Positions 24,857-32,468 of a stretch of DNA of 64,000 bases are shown one piece after another (position 1 is the first letter of the stretch; each line of letters opens with the position of its first letter). The notes beneath the pieces are model-generated. The model saw only the letters and a list, made by a program, of their open reading frames with translations. It had not been told where the DNA came from and made no database searches. The position numbers and the translations under genes were made by a program. This DNA comes from Thermoleophilia bacterium (lineage in GTDB: Bacteria; Actinomycetota; Thermoleophilia; Gaiellales; Gaiellaceae): NCBI GenBank assembly GCA_025936995.1, contig JAICSH010000006.1, positions 6,575 through 70,574 of the forward strand, written 5' to 3'.

Positions 24857-25756
24857 ATGCGCGCCGAGTATCGCGAGGAACCGTGTCGCAGCGCCCTCAA
24901 CCGCGTGCGCGGCATGCCCTTCGCCTGGTCGCTCAACCCCTACATGGGCTGCGCGCACCGGTGCATGTTCTGTTACGTCCGCGCCTTCGAGGCGCGGGCC
25001 GAGAGGCCGTGGGACGACCTCTACGGCTCGAGCATCCGCGTCAAGACGAACGTCGCCGAGGTGCTGCGACGGGAGCTCGCGCGGCCGAGCTGGAAGCGCG
25101 AGGCCGTCGCGATCGGCGCGGCGACCGACCCGTACCAGCCGGCGGAGGGCCGCTACCGCCTGACGCGTGCCTGCATCGAGGCCCTCGGCGCGGCGGCGAG
25201 CCCGTTCTCGATCATCACGCGCGGGCCGCTCATCGTGCGGGACGTCGACGTCCTCGCCGAGGCAGCGTGCCGCGCGGATGTCTCCGTCACCTTCTCCGTT
25301 CCGACCCTGGACGACGAGATCTGGCACGGCACGGAGCCGGGGACGTCGCCGCCGCGCCAGCGGCTCCGCGCCCTCTCGCGGCTAGTGGAGGCCGGAATCG
25401 ACGCCCGCGTGGGGATGGCGCCGATCCTCCCCGGGCTCAGCGACCGGCCCGAGCTGCTCGCCGACGTCGTCCGCGAGGCCCGGGCGGCCGGAGCGACAGG
25501 AATCTGGGCAAATCTCCTCTACCTCAGGCCCGGGACGCGCGAGCACTTCCTCGGCGCGCTCGAGCGCGACTGGCCCGAGCTCCTGCCGAGGTACGAGCAG
25601 CTGTACCGCCGGGGGGCGTATCTGCCGCGCCGCGAAACCGAGCCTGTGAGGGAACGCGTCCGTGCGCTCGCCCGCAACCACGGCGTCCGCGACCGCAGGC
25701 CAAGGCGGCTCGAGCCGGCCGCAATTGCAGAGCAGCTGGAAATAGCGGCTATGTGA
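24857..25756 (+). CDS. Radical SAM protein, SplB-like (DNA repair photolyase-like, COG1533 type)
   Basis: The CxxxCxxC cluster motif is CAHRCMFC near the N-terminus, and the length fits the family. Confidence 0.85.
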   Translation: MRAEYREEPCRSALNRVRGMPFAWSLNPYMGCAHRCMFCYVRAFEARAERPWDDLYGSSIRVKTNVAEVLRRELARPSWKREAVAIGAATDPYQPAEGRYRLTRACIEALGAAASPFSIITRGPLIVRDVDVLAEAACRADVSVTFSVPTLDDEIWHGTEPGTSPPRQRLRALSRLVEAGIDARVGMAPILPGLSDRPELLADVVREARAAGATGIWANLLYLRPGTREHFLGALERDWPELLPRYEQLYRRGAYLPRRETEPVRERVRALARNHGVRDRRPRRLEPAAIAEQLEIAAM

Positions 25757-25787
25757 TATCGGATCGCCGTTCTATGATCTCCCGGCC

Positions 25788-26414
25788 GTGGCGGCCTCCG
25801 AGATCACCTGTCTCATCGTCGACGATCACGAGGTCGTGCGCGAGGGGCTGCGCCTGTCGCTCAGCCGGGCACCCCACATCCGCGTCATCGGCGAGGCGGC
25901 CGACGGCGAGGCGGCCGTCGCGCTCGCCGAGCGGAGGCGGCCGATGGTCGTGATCATGGACGTCCGGATGCCCGGCATGGACGGGCTCGAGGCGACGAAG
26001 GCGCTCATGGACAAGTCGCCCGACAGCGCCGTCCTGATCTTCACCGCCTACAGCGAGCGGAGCCTGCTGAGCCGGGGTCTCGATTCCGGCGCCAAGGGCT
26101 ACGTCCTCAAGGAGGCGCCGCACGAGACCCTCCTGCGCGCGATCGAGAAGGTCGCCGGCGGCGAGGGCTATGTCGACCCGGCGCTCATGCCCGCCTTCCT
26201 CACCGGGCGCGAGAAGGACGACATGCTCACGACGCGGGAGCGTGAGATCCTCCAGCTCCTCGCCGACGGCATGTCGAACGCGGACGTCGCGACCCAGCTC
26301 TTCATCAGCCAGGAGACGGTGAAGAGCCACGTGCGCCACATTCTCGCCAAGCTCGAGGCGGATACGCGCACCCACGCGGTCGCGATCGCCCTGCGTGAGG
26401 CCATCATCGATTAA
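25788..26414 (+). CDS. NarL/LuxR-family response regulator
   Basis: Receiver domain (LIVDDHEVVREG, VVIMDVRMPGMDG) plus a LuxR HTH (LTTREREILQLLADGMSNADVATQLFISQETVKSHV). Confidence 0.9.
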   Translation: MAASEITCLIVDDHEVVREGLRLSLSRAPHIRVIGEAADGEAAVALAERRRPMVVIMDVRMPGMDGLEATKALMDKSPDSAVLIFTAYSERSLLSRGLDSGAKGYVLKEAPHETLLRAIEKVAGGEGYVDPALMPAFLTGREKDDMLTTREREILQLLADGMSNADVATQLFISQETVKSHVRHILAKLEADTRTHAVAIALREAIID

Positions 26415-27078
26415 CAGCGGGAGTCCCACCATCGACAACGCGAACCGCGAGCTGGCCGAACATGTCCTCGCGGCCGAGCAGGACGAACGCCGCCGGATCG
26501 CGCTCTTCCTCCACGACGGGCCCGTGCAGTCGCTCGCCGGCGTCGCGCTCATGCTCGACGCCTCGCTCGACCTCGTTCGCCGTGGCGACCTCGAGCAGGC
26601 TCGCGAGATCCTCGACCGCGCGCTCGGCCGGACCCGGACGACGGTCGGCGAGCTCCGGGATCTCTCGTTCAATCTCGAGCCGGTCGCGCTACGAGACCAC
26701 GGCTTTGCGGCGGCGGTCGACGCGCTCGCGCAGTCCCGCAGTCACGAGCACCGGATCGAGGTCTCGCTCGACGTCGCGCTCATCGACGCGCTGGGCGAGC
26801 GGACGCAGGCCGCCCTGTACCAGATCGTGCGCGAGGCGCTCGAGGAGGCGATCCGGCGCGGGCCTCCCTCCCGCTTCGAGGTCGCGGCCGCGTCCGACAC
26901 GCCCGGGGCGCTCCGGCTCGTGATCAGGGACGACGCGCCGACCGAGCGGCGCCGGCGCGCTCTCGAGGTCCTCGGCGAACGTGCGCGCACGCTCGGCGCG
27001 ACGCTCACGCTGGACCACGACGTCGGCGGCACGACGATGAGCCTCGAACTGCGCGGCCAGCCGACCGGCGACGACTAG
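26395..27078 (+). CDS. Sensor-less HisKA_3-type histidine kinase-like protein with an apparently degenerate ATPase domain
   Basis: H-box ERRRIALFLHDGPVQSL lies about 40 aa from the start, with no TM or sensor region. The N-box reads REALEEAIRRG (the expected Asn is replaced), the G1 box reads RDDAPTE, and the G2 box is weak. GTG 26395 is the only start codon upstream of the H-box that I found by eye. Confidence 0.7.
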   Translation: MRPSSINSGSPTIDNANRELAEHVLAAEQDERRRIALFLHDGPVQSLAGVALMLDASLDLVRRGDLEQAREILDRALGRTRTTVGELRDLSFNLEPVALRDHGFAAAVDALAQSRSHEHRIEVSLDVALIDALGERTQAALYQIVREALEEAIRRGPPSRFEVAAASDTPGALRLVIRDDAPTERRRRALEVLGERARTLGATLTLDHDVGGTTMSLELRGQPTGDD

Positions 27079-27089
27079 TCTTCCGCGCG

Positions 27090-27284
27090 GTGAACGGCGA
27101 CGGCGCGCAGCAGCACCTTCTCTTCGTCTGGAAGCCCTCCGGGTACGAGCTCGTCGAGCAGGACGGCGAGCCGCCGGCGATCGGCGCCGAGGTCGAGGTC
27201 GAGGGAAAGCAGCTGCGGGTGACGAAGCTCGCGCCGTCTCCCTTGCCCGGCGATCGCCGGATCTGCGCCTACCTCGGCGGTTAG
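27090..27284 (+). CDS. Small hypothetical protein (64 aa), third gene of the RR-HK module
   Basis: GTG lies 11 nt after the kinase stop. Composition is coding-like (HLLFVWKPSGYELVEQDG...). No family recognised. Confidence 0.45.
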   Translation: MNGDGAQQHLLFVWKPSGYELVEQDGEPPAIGAEVEVEGKQLRVTKLAPSPLPGDRRICAYLGG

Positions 27285-28279
27285 GCGCCCGCGATCGACT
27301 CGGCCGCTGCGAGGCCGAACACGAGCGCCTGCGCGAGACCGCTTGCGTAGCCGCCGGTCGCGACGCCGCCTGCGTCGACTCCCGCCGCCCAGAGGCCGTC
27401 CGCACCGGTCACGCGACCCTCGACATCGACCCGCAGCCCGCCGATCGTGTGCGTCACCGCGGCAGCGACGTGCACGCCGAGCGTGCCGTCCTCGCGCTCG
27501 ACGACCGTGCCGCCGGCCGCGCGCGCCGCTTCGATCCGGTCGTTCGTCTCGGCGACGACGTACCAGGCGCGGGGACCGACGAGCTGCGCGAGGTCGTTCT
27601 CGTGCCACGCGACCTCCGGCGGCGTGATCTCGGTCCAGTCGTCGGTGAAGACCCGAGCTTCGCGGCCGTAGAGCTGCGCCAGCGGGACGAAGTCCTCCTC
27701 CCGGATCCGCGGCGGAGGCGCCGGCATGACGCGGCCGTAGAACTCGTCCAGGCCGGACGTCGTCGCGGCGCCGCGCTCGAGCGCGAAGTCCAGTCCGTCT
27801 CCCTCGCTCCACGGGTTCGCGCGCAGGAGCAGCCCGCGCTCGCGTGCAAGGCGCCCCGGGAACCCGCCCGTCGCGAGCAGCACGGGCGGCTCGGCGTCGC
27901 GCGGCAGCGTCGTCTCGACCTCGACCTCGCCTGCGGCCTCGGCAAGGAGCCGCGTCAGCGTGCGTGGCTCGTACCGGCGGCCGGTCGTGAGCGGGTTCTC
28001 GGTGTCGTGCCAGACGGGCTCTGTGCCGAGCGACTCGAGCCAGCGGAGCCCGTCATCGAGCCGTTCCCAGATCACCCGCTGCAACCGCTCGTCGCCGCCG
28101 GGACAGTCCTCGCGGAAGCTCTCCCACTCGAGATGCCGCCAGATCACGCACGAGGAGAGGAGCATCGAGCCGCCGGCGCGTGTGCCCTTCTCCAGCACGC
28201 GTGGCTCGTGGCCGAGCTGGCGTAGGCGCGTGGCGGCGACGAGGCCCGCCATCCCGGCGCCCGCGACCGTGACGCGCAA
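27281..28279 (-). CDS. FAD-dependent oxidoreductase (FAD_binding_2-like)
   Basis: N-terminal dinucleotide fold VTVAGAGMAGLVAATRL and C-terminal GLWAAG..GG. Confidence 0.8.
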   Translation of the reverse strand: MRVTVAGAGMAGLVAATRLRQLGHEPRVLEKGTRAGGSMLLSSCVIWRHLEWESFREDCPGGDERLQRVIWERLDDGLRWLESLGTEPVWHDTENPLTTGRRYEPRTLTRLLAEAAGEVEVETTLPRDAEPPVLLATGGFPGRLARERGLLLRANPWSEGDGLDFALERGAATTSGLDEFYGRVMPAPPPRIREEDFVPLAQLYGREARVFTDDWTEITPPEVAWHENDLAQLVGPRAWYVVAETNDRIEAARAAGGTVVEREDGTLGVHVAAAVTHTIGGLRVDVEGRVTGADGLWAAGVDAGGVATGGYASGLAQALVFGLAAAESIAGA

Positions 28280-28289
28280 CGACGACCTC

Positions 28290-28991
28290 CTAGGTCAGCG
28301 AGAACGTCGGCTTGTGCTCGACGTACTCGACCCGCACGCGCTCCGGCCCCCAGACGAAGACCGCGAGGGTGTTGGGAGCGTCGACGAAGTCGTCGACCTC
28401 GACGCCGAGGTCCTGCGCCGCGGCGAGGTGCTCGTCGGCGGAGTCGACGAGCACGGCGAGATGGTTGAGAAGCGGCCGCTCCGGCGCGCCGGGCTCGCCC
28501 GGGTGGAACTCGATCCACGCCCCCGCGACCTCGACGCGCGGGCAGCCCGACCGGCCGGGAGCGGCGGCGCCGAAGCCGAGCGAGCCGTAATCCGACGCAG
28601 TCGCCTGCGGATCGGCGGAGCGGAGCGCGACATGGTCGAGGTCGTAGTCGAGATCGGTGTCCGCCTCGACGAGGCCGAGGACCACGCCTTCCGCGAGCTC
28701 GAAGTACGCCTCGCCGTCGTGACTGCGGTCGACCTCCAGGCCGTCCGGCAGCCCCGAGAGCGCGCGCTCGAGATCGGCGACGCGCAGCGCGACGTGCTCG
28801 AGCGCGCCGCGCTCCCGAGGGCCGTCGGCGGAGAAGAGCGTCAGCTTCCCGCGCCGCGCGTCGGCGCCGACGAGCGTGAACGCCTCGGTCCGGTCGATGA
28901 CGTGCATGCCGAGGTGACGCACGACGAAGTCCGCCACGGCGTCGCGGTCCGCGAGCCAGTAGGCGACGTGGTCGAGGGTCTTCGGGTTCAC
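28290..28991 (-). CDS. VOC/glyoxalase-fold protein (two-domain)
   Basis: LDHVAYW...LEHVALRV...LDHVALRS...LNHLAVLV is the repeated beta-alpha-beta-beta-beta module signature. Confidence 0.8.
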   Translation of the reverse strand: MNPKTLDHVAYWLADRDAVADFVVRHLGMHVIDRTEAFTLVGADARRGKLTLFSADGPRERGALEHVALRVADLERALSGLPDGLEVDRSHDGEAYFELAEGVVLGLVEADTDLDYDLDHVALRSADPQATASDYGSLGFGAAAPGRSGCPRVEVAGAWIEFHPGEPGAPERPLLNHLAVLVDSADEHLAAAQDLGVEVDDFVDAPNTLAVFVWGPERVRVEYVEHKPTFSLT

Positions 28992-29021
28992 GAGATTGGC
29001 TCTTCCCCGAACGCGCCGCCG

Positions 29022-29327
29022 TTATGCGATCGGCTCGTTCTGGACGTTGTTCTCGTCCGCGTACTTCTGGGTGAGCTCGTTGACGACCTCCGCCCCCTTG
29101 TCGTACGCGTAGTTGATCTCGACGAACGCGTTCCACTTGTCCGGCAGCGCGTCCTCGGGGAAGATCGCCTCCACCGGGCATTCCGGCTCGCACGCCCCGC
29201 AGTCGATGCACTCCTCCGGGTCGATGACGAGGATCCGGTCGAACTCGTGGATGCAGTCGACCGGGCAGACGTCCACGCAGGAGCGGTCTTTGATGTCGAT
29301 GCAGGGCTCGGCGATGATGTACGTCAC
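29022..29327 (-). CDS. fdxA: 7Fe ferredoxin (3Fe-4S plus 4Fe-4S, FdxA type)
   Basis: TYIIAEPCIDIKDRSCVDVCPVDCIH....CIDCGACEPECPVEAI. The start is set at GTG 29327. Confidence 0.9.
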   Translation of the reverse strand: MTYIIAEPCIDIKDRSCVDVCPVDCIHEFDRILVIDPEECIDCGACEPECPVEAIFPEDALPDKWNAFVEINYAYDKGAEVVNELTQKYADENNVQNEPIA

Positions 29328-29373
29328 GCGGCCTACTGTAGATAGCGATTGCGGGCGACTGCGGGCCGAACCG

Positions 29374-29691
29374 TCACAATTCTTCGGACTCCGTGAGCTC
29401 CGCGACGAGCTCCCCGAGGCGCTCGTCGAGAGCGGATTTCGCGAGCACCTGGTCGAACCCGGCCGCATGCGCCGCGCGCAGGCCCGAGGTGTCCGTGTGG
29501 TTCGTGAAGCCGACGATCGGGATGTCGGGATACGAGTCGGCGACCTCCTTCGGGTCGACGCGCGAGACGTCGGCGAGGACGAGCTCCGGATCCTCCGTGT
29601 GATCGACCGTGATGAGGCGATGCGCAGGTAGGAGGGCCTCGAGCTTCCCTCGTATGAAGAGATCGACCCCACAGAGCAGGATCGTGGCCAC
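29374..29691 (-). CDS. Small CheY-fold (receiver-like) protein lacking the N-terminal acidic pair
   Basis: The beta-alpha pattern TILLCGVD / LVLADVS / IVGFTNH / VLAKS resembles a receiver domain. This assignment is by eye only. Confidence 0.45.
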   Translation of the reverse strand: MATILLCGVDLFIRGKLEALLPAHRLITVDHTEDPELVLADVSRVDPKEVADSYPDIPIVGFTNHTDTSGLRAAHAAGFDQVLAKSALDERLGELVAELTESEEL

Positions 29692-29710
29692 GTGGGAAGG
29701 TTAGAACGCC

Positions 29711-30046
29711 ATGGAGGCGTCATACAAGCGCGGGCTCGAGGCGATTCGCGAACGCCGCTACTTCGAGGCGCACGAGGAGCTCGAGATCGCGTGGCGCGCG
29801 GCGCCTGCCGAGGAGCGGGATTACTTCCAGGGACTCGTCCATGTGGCGGTTGCCTGGTACCAGGCCGGACGCGGACGCCCCGTCGCGACGGCGCGGCAGC
29901 TCGAGAAGGCGTCGCGGCGCCTCGCCGCGTTTGCGCCGGCGCACCGCGGAGTCGACGTCGAAGGCCTGCTCACGCAGGTCGACGCGGCGCGCAAGCGAGT
30001 CGCCTCCGGCTCTCTCGACCTCGCTCCACCAAAGCTGACCTTGTAA
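29711..30046 (+). CDS. DUF309-domain protein
   Basis: RYFEAHEELEIAWR...QGLVHVAVAWY is typical of DUF309. Its TAA stop (30044-30046) lies inside AT-rich box B1. Confidence 0.75.
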   Translation: MEASYKRGLEAIRERRYFEAHEELEIAWRAAPAEERDYFQGLVHVAVAWYQAGRGRPVATARQLEKASRRLAAFAPAHRGVDVEGLLTQVDAARKRVASGSLDLAPPKLTL

Positions 30047-30058
30047 CACTTTGTTACT
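30035..30058. repeat. AT-rich palindrome box B1 with its conserved left flank
   Basis: CTGACCTTGTAACACTTTGTTACT is identical to 17055-17078. Confidence 0.8.
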
Positions 30059-30116
30059 AGCGTGGACGGGTGCCGTTTCGGAGGTGTCCACCGGCATGGC
30101 TGCACGGGTTCCCGAG

Positions 30117-30161
30117 CACCTAGTGACACTTTGTTACTAGGAAAGACGTGTCCGGTTGGAG
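30117..30161. repeat. AT-rich palindrome box B2 plus a conserved GC-rich right flank
   Basis: CACCTAGTGACACTTTGTTACTAGG, then AGACGTGTCCGGTTGGAG. The flank contains GACGTGTCCGGTT, which is identical to 6845-6857 in the REP-like palindrome. Confidence 0.8.
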
Positions 30162-30208
30162 TGGATGCCTGGGCCCCGGTGGCGCGCCCTGGGGGCTCCG
30201 GCCTCGGG

Positions 30209-30919
30209 CTAGGGCTTCGTCAGGCCGAGGTCGATGAGGGCTCGGTTCAGCCCTACCTGCAGCCACCACTCGCGGTGGAAGAACAGGAGGAGCCCCAGCG
30301 CGACGAGGACGAGGCCGCTGGCGATCTGGATCACCTTGTAGCGGTCGCGCAGCCAGCGGAACGTTCCCATCGCCCGAGCGAACGCGAGACCCGCGACGAC
30401 GAACGCCGCGCCGAGGCCGAGTGCGTAGGCCGCGAGGAGGACGGTCCCCTTGAGCACCGTCCCGCTCGTGCTCGCGAGGACGAGAACCGCACCGAGAACG
30501 CTCCCGATGCACGGTGCGGCGCACACGGCGAACGCACCCCCGAGCAGCGCGCCGGAACCTCGCCGGCGTGCCCCCGCGAGCAGTCCGGGCGCCAGCACGC
30601 GCTCGGGCACGGGCAGCAGGCCGACGAAGGCGAGGCCGAGCACCACGAGGACGAAGCCCGCGACCTCCGTCCGGACGGTCCCGGAGAGGACGCTGCCGAT
30701 CGCGGCTGCGCCCGCGCCGAGGACCACGAAGACGACGGTGAAGCCCGCGATGAACGGCAGGCTCGAGACGACGACTCGCCGCGTCGTCCCGCGCTGGCCG
30801 AGCCGGCCGGCCTCGACGCTCGAGACGGCGGCCAGGTAGCCGGGAACGAGCGGAAGCACGCACGGCAGCACAACCGACACGAACCCGGCGGCGAACGAGA
30901 TGCCGAGCCTTCCTCCCAT
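30209..30919 (-). CDS. ccdA: Cytochrome c biogenesis / thiol-reductant transporter CcdA (DsbD-family membrane protein)
   Basis: Six TM segments with motifs VVLPCVLPLVPGYL and AVCAAPCIG. Confidence 0.9.
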   Translation of the reverse strand: MGGRLGISFAAGFVSVVLPCVLPLVPGYLAAVSSVEAGRLGQRGTTRRVVVSSLPFIAGFTVVFVVLGAGAAAIGSVLSGTVRTEVAGFVLVVLGLAFVGLLPVPERVLAPGLLAGARRRGSGALLGGAFAVCAAPCIGSVLGAVLVLASTSGTVLKGTVLLAAYALGLGAAFVVAGLAFARAMGTFRWLRDRYKVIQIASGLVLVALGLLLFFHREWWLQVGLNRALIDLGLTKP

Positions 30920-31380
30920 CAGTCGAAGCGTGCCAGGAGATCGTCGAGACGGCGCTCGGTCTCCTCGTCGAGCCCCGAGTCCTCCGGCTCATCCGGCTCA
31001 TCGGGCCCGCGCCGCCTGCTCCAGCGCCAGACGCCGAACGCGAGCACGAGCCCGCCTCCCAGGACGCCGGCGACCGGCAGCCACCACGCGAGCAGGTCGA
31101 AGCCCTTGTGCGACGGCGCCGCGAGGATCCCCTGGCCGTAGTTCGCGACGAGATCCGACCTGATCTGGTCCGCGGTCGCGCACTGCGCGATCCGCTTCGA
31201 GATGAAGACCTCGATCTGGCGCGCCGCCTGCGAGTCGGACTGGTCGAGCGTCGTGTGGCAGGTCGGGCACATCACCTGGCCCTCGAGATACGTCAGCGAG
31301 GTGCGCGGGCGGGCACACGCGGCGGCCGGCCCCGCAAGCGCGAGTGCGAGCGCCACCACGCCGAAGAACCGGAGGATCAC
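30919..31380 (-). CDS. CcmH/NrfF-family protein (CxxC, membrane-anchored)
   Basis: QVMCPTCHTTLDQSDSQAARQIEVFI...IRSDLVANYG, then a TM segment and RRRG. The GTG start overlaps the upstream stop (GTGA), and the stop shares 1 nt with the ccdA ATG. Confidence 0.75.
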   Translation of the reverse strand: MILRFFGVVALALALAGPAAACARPRTSLTYLEGQVMCPTCHTTLDQSDSQAARQIEVFISKRIAQCATADQIRSDLVANYGQGILAAPSHKGFDLLAWWLPVAGVLGGGLVLAFGVWRWSRRRGPDEPDEPEDSGLDEETERRLDDLLARFD

Positions 31381-31916
31381 GCGGCCGCGGCCTCGGCAAG
31401 CGCGCTGCGGAACTTGAGGGAGAAGCCGGGATTCGTGATCGGCCCTGCGAGATGCGCGACGACCCGTCCCTGCCGGTCGAGCACGTACGTCTCCGGCACC
31501 TGCGAGATCCCGTACCTCCCCGTCACCCGGCCGGACCCGTCCTGGAGCATCGTGAACGACAGCGCGTGCGCGCTGACGAAACGCCGCGCGTCGGATGCGA
31601 GGTCGTGATAGTCGACCCCGAGGAAGACGACGCCGCGGCTGTGATAGCTCGCCCAGTCGCGCTCGAGCACCGCCGCCTCGCTCTTGCACGGCTCGCACCA
31701 CGAGGCCCAGAAGTTCAGCACGACCGGACGCCCCCGATACGCGGCCAGCGAGACCTTGCCCGCCCCGTCGAGGCGGCGGAGGCTGAACGCAGGAGCGACC
31801 GCGCCGACCCCGGGCGCATGATGCTGGTGCCCGAGCTGCCAGACGAGGAGCGCGAGCAGGCCGGCCACGCCCCCGAGCGCGACCAGCTGAGCCGCGACCT
31901 TGAGACGGCGGGTCAC
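31377..31916 (-). CDS. TlpA/ResA-family thiol:disulfide oxidoreductase (paralogue 2)
   Basis: TM anchor plus a thioredoxin fold with WASWCEPCK. GTGA overlap with paralogue 1. Confidence 0.85.
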   Translation of the reverse strand: MTRRLKVAAQLVALGGVAGLLALLVWQLGHQHHAPGVGAVAPAFSLRRLDGAGKVSLAAYRGRPVVLNFWASWCEPCKSEAAVLERDWASYHSRGVVFLGVDYHDLASDARRFVSAHALSFTMLQDGSGRVTGRYGISQVPETYVLDRQGRVVAHLAGPITNPGFSLKFRSALAEAAAA

Positions 31917-32461
31917 GCCTTTCGCGCCGCCTTCAGCTCGCGTTTGAACTGCGCGCTGTACCCCTTGTCGCTGACGGGCCCCACGACCGGGTCGCCGACG
32001 ATCCGTCCCTCCGGGTTGAGCACGTAGGTGACCGGGAGCCCGGGCAGGGCGTACCGGTTCGAGGCGATGCCCGCGTTCGGGTCGAAGACGACGGGATACG
32101 TGATGCCGTGCACCTTCACGAAGCGGCGCCCGTCGCTCGCGGCGTCCGGGCCGGTGTCGACGCCGAAGACGACGAGGTGGTCGTTCCGATCCTCGCGCCA
32201 GAGCTGCTCGAGCACCGGCGCCTCGCGCTTGCACGGGGTGCACCAGGAGGCGAAGAAGTTCAGCACGACGGTCTTCCCGCGGAACGACCGGAGCGAGAGG
32301 TCGCCGTCGCCCGTCAGGCGGCCGAGCGAGAAGGCGGGCGCGGGCCGGCCCACCTTCGGCGGTGGGGTCTGGTGCGTCAGGTTCCACACGAGCATGGTCG
32401 CGAGAAGCCCGATCCCTGCGACTGCGAGCGCCTGCGCCCCGAGCTTGAGCCCGCCCGCCAC
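31913..32461 (-). CDS. TlpA/ResA-family thiol:disulfide oxidoreductase (paralogue 1)
   Basis: TM anchor plus a thioredoxin fold with FASWCTPCK. Confidence 0.85.
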   Translation of the reverse strand: MAGGLKLGAQALAVAGIGLLATMLVWNLTHQTPPPKVGRPAPAFSLGRLTGDGDLSLRSFRGKTVVLNFFASWCTPCKREAPVLEQLWREDRNDHLVVFGVDTGPDAASDGRRFVKVHGITYPVVFDPNAGIASNRYALPGLPVTYVLNPEGRIVGDPVVGPVSDKGYSAQFKRELKAARKA

Positions 32462-32468
32462 GACGCGG

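Noticed and set aside
17055-30161. The repeated AT-rich boxes as a CRISPR array, or as the att sites of a prophage or genomic island.
   Set aside because: Each locus has only two repeats, with spacers of different length and no cas genes, so it is not a CRISPR array. No integrase, excisionase, tRNA target or phage genes are present, and the bracketed cargo includes a primary-like sigma factor, so it is not a classical island. The direct-repeat geometry is still reported as a low-interest finding.
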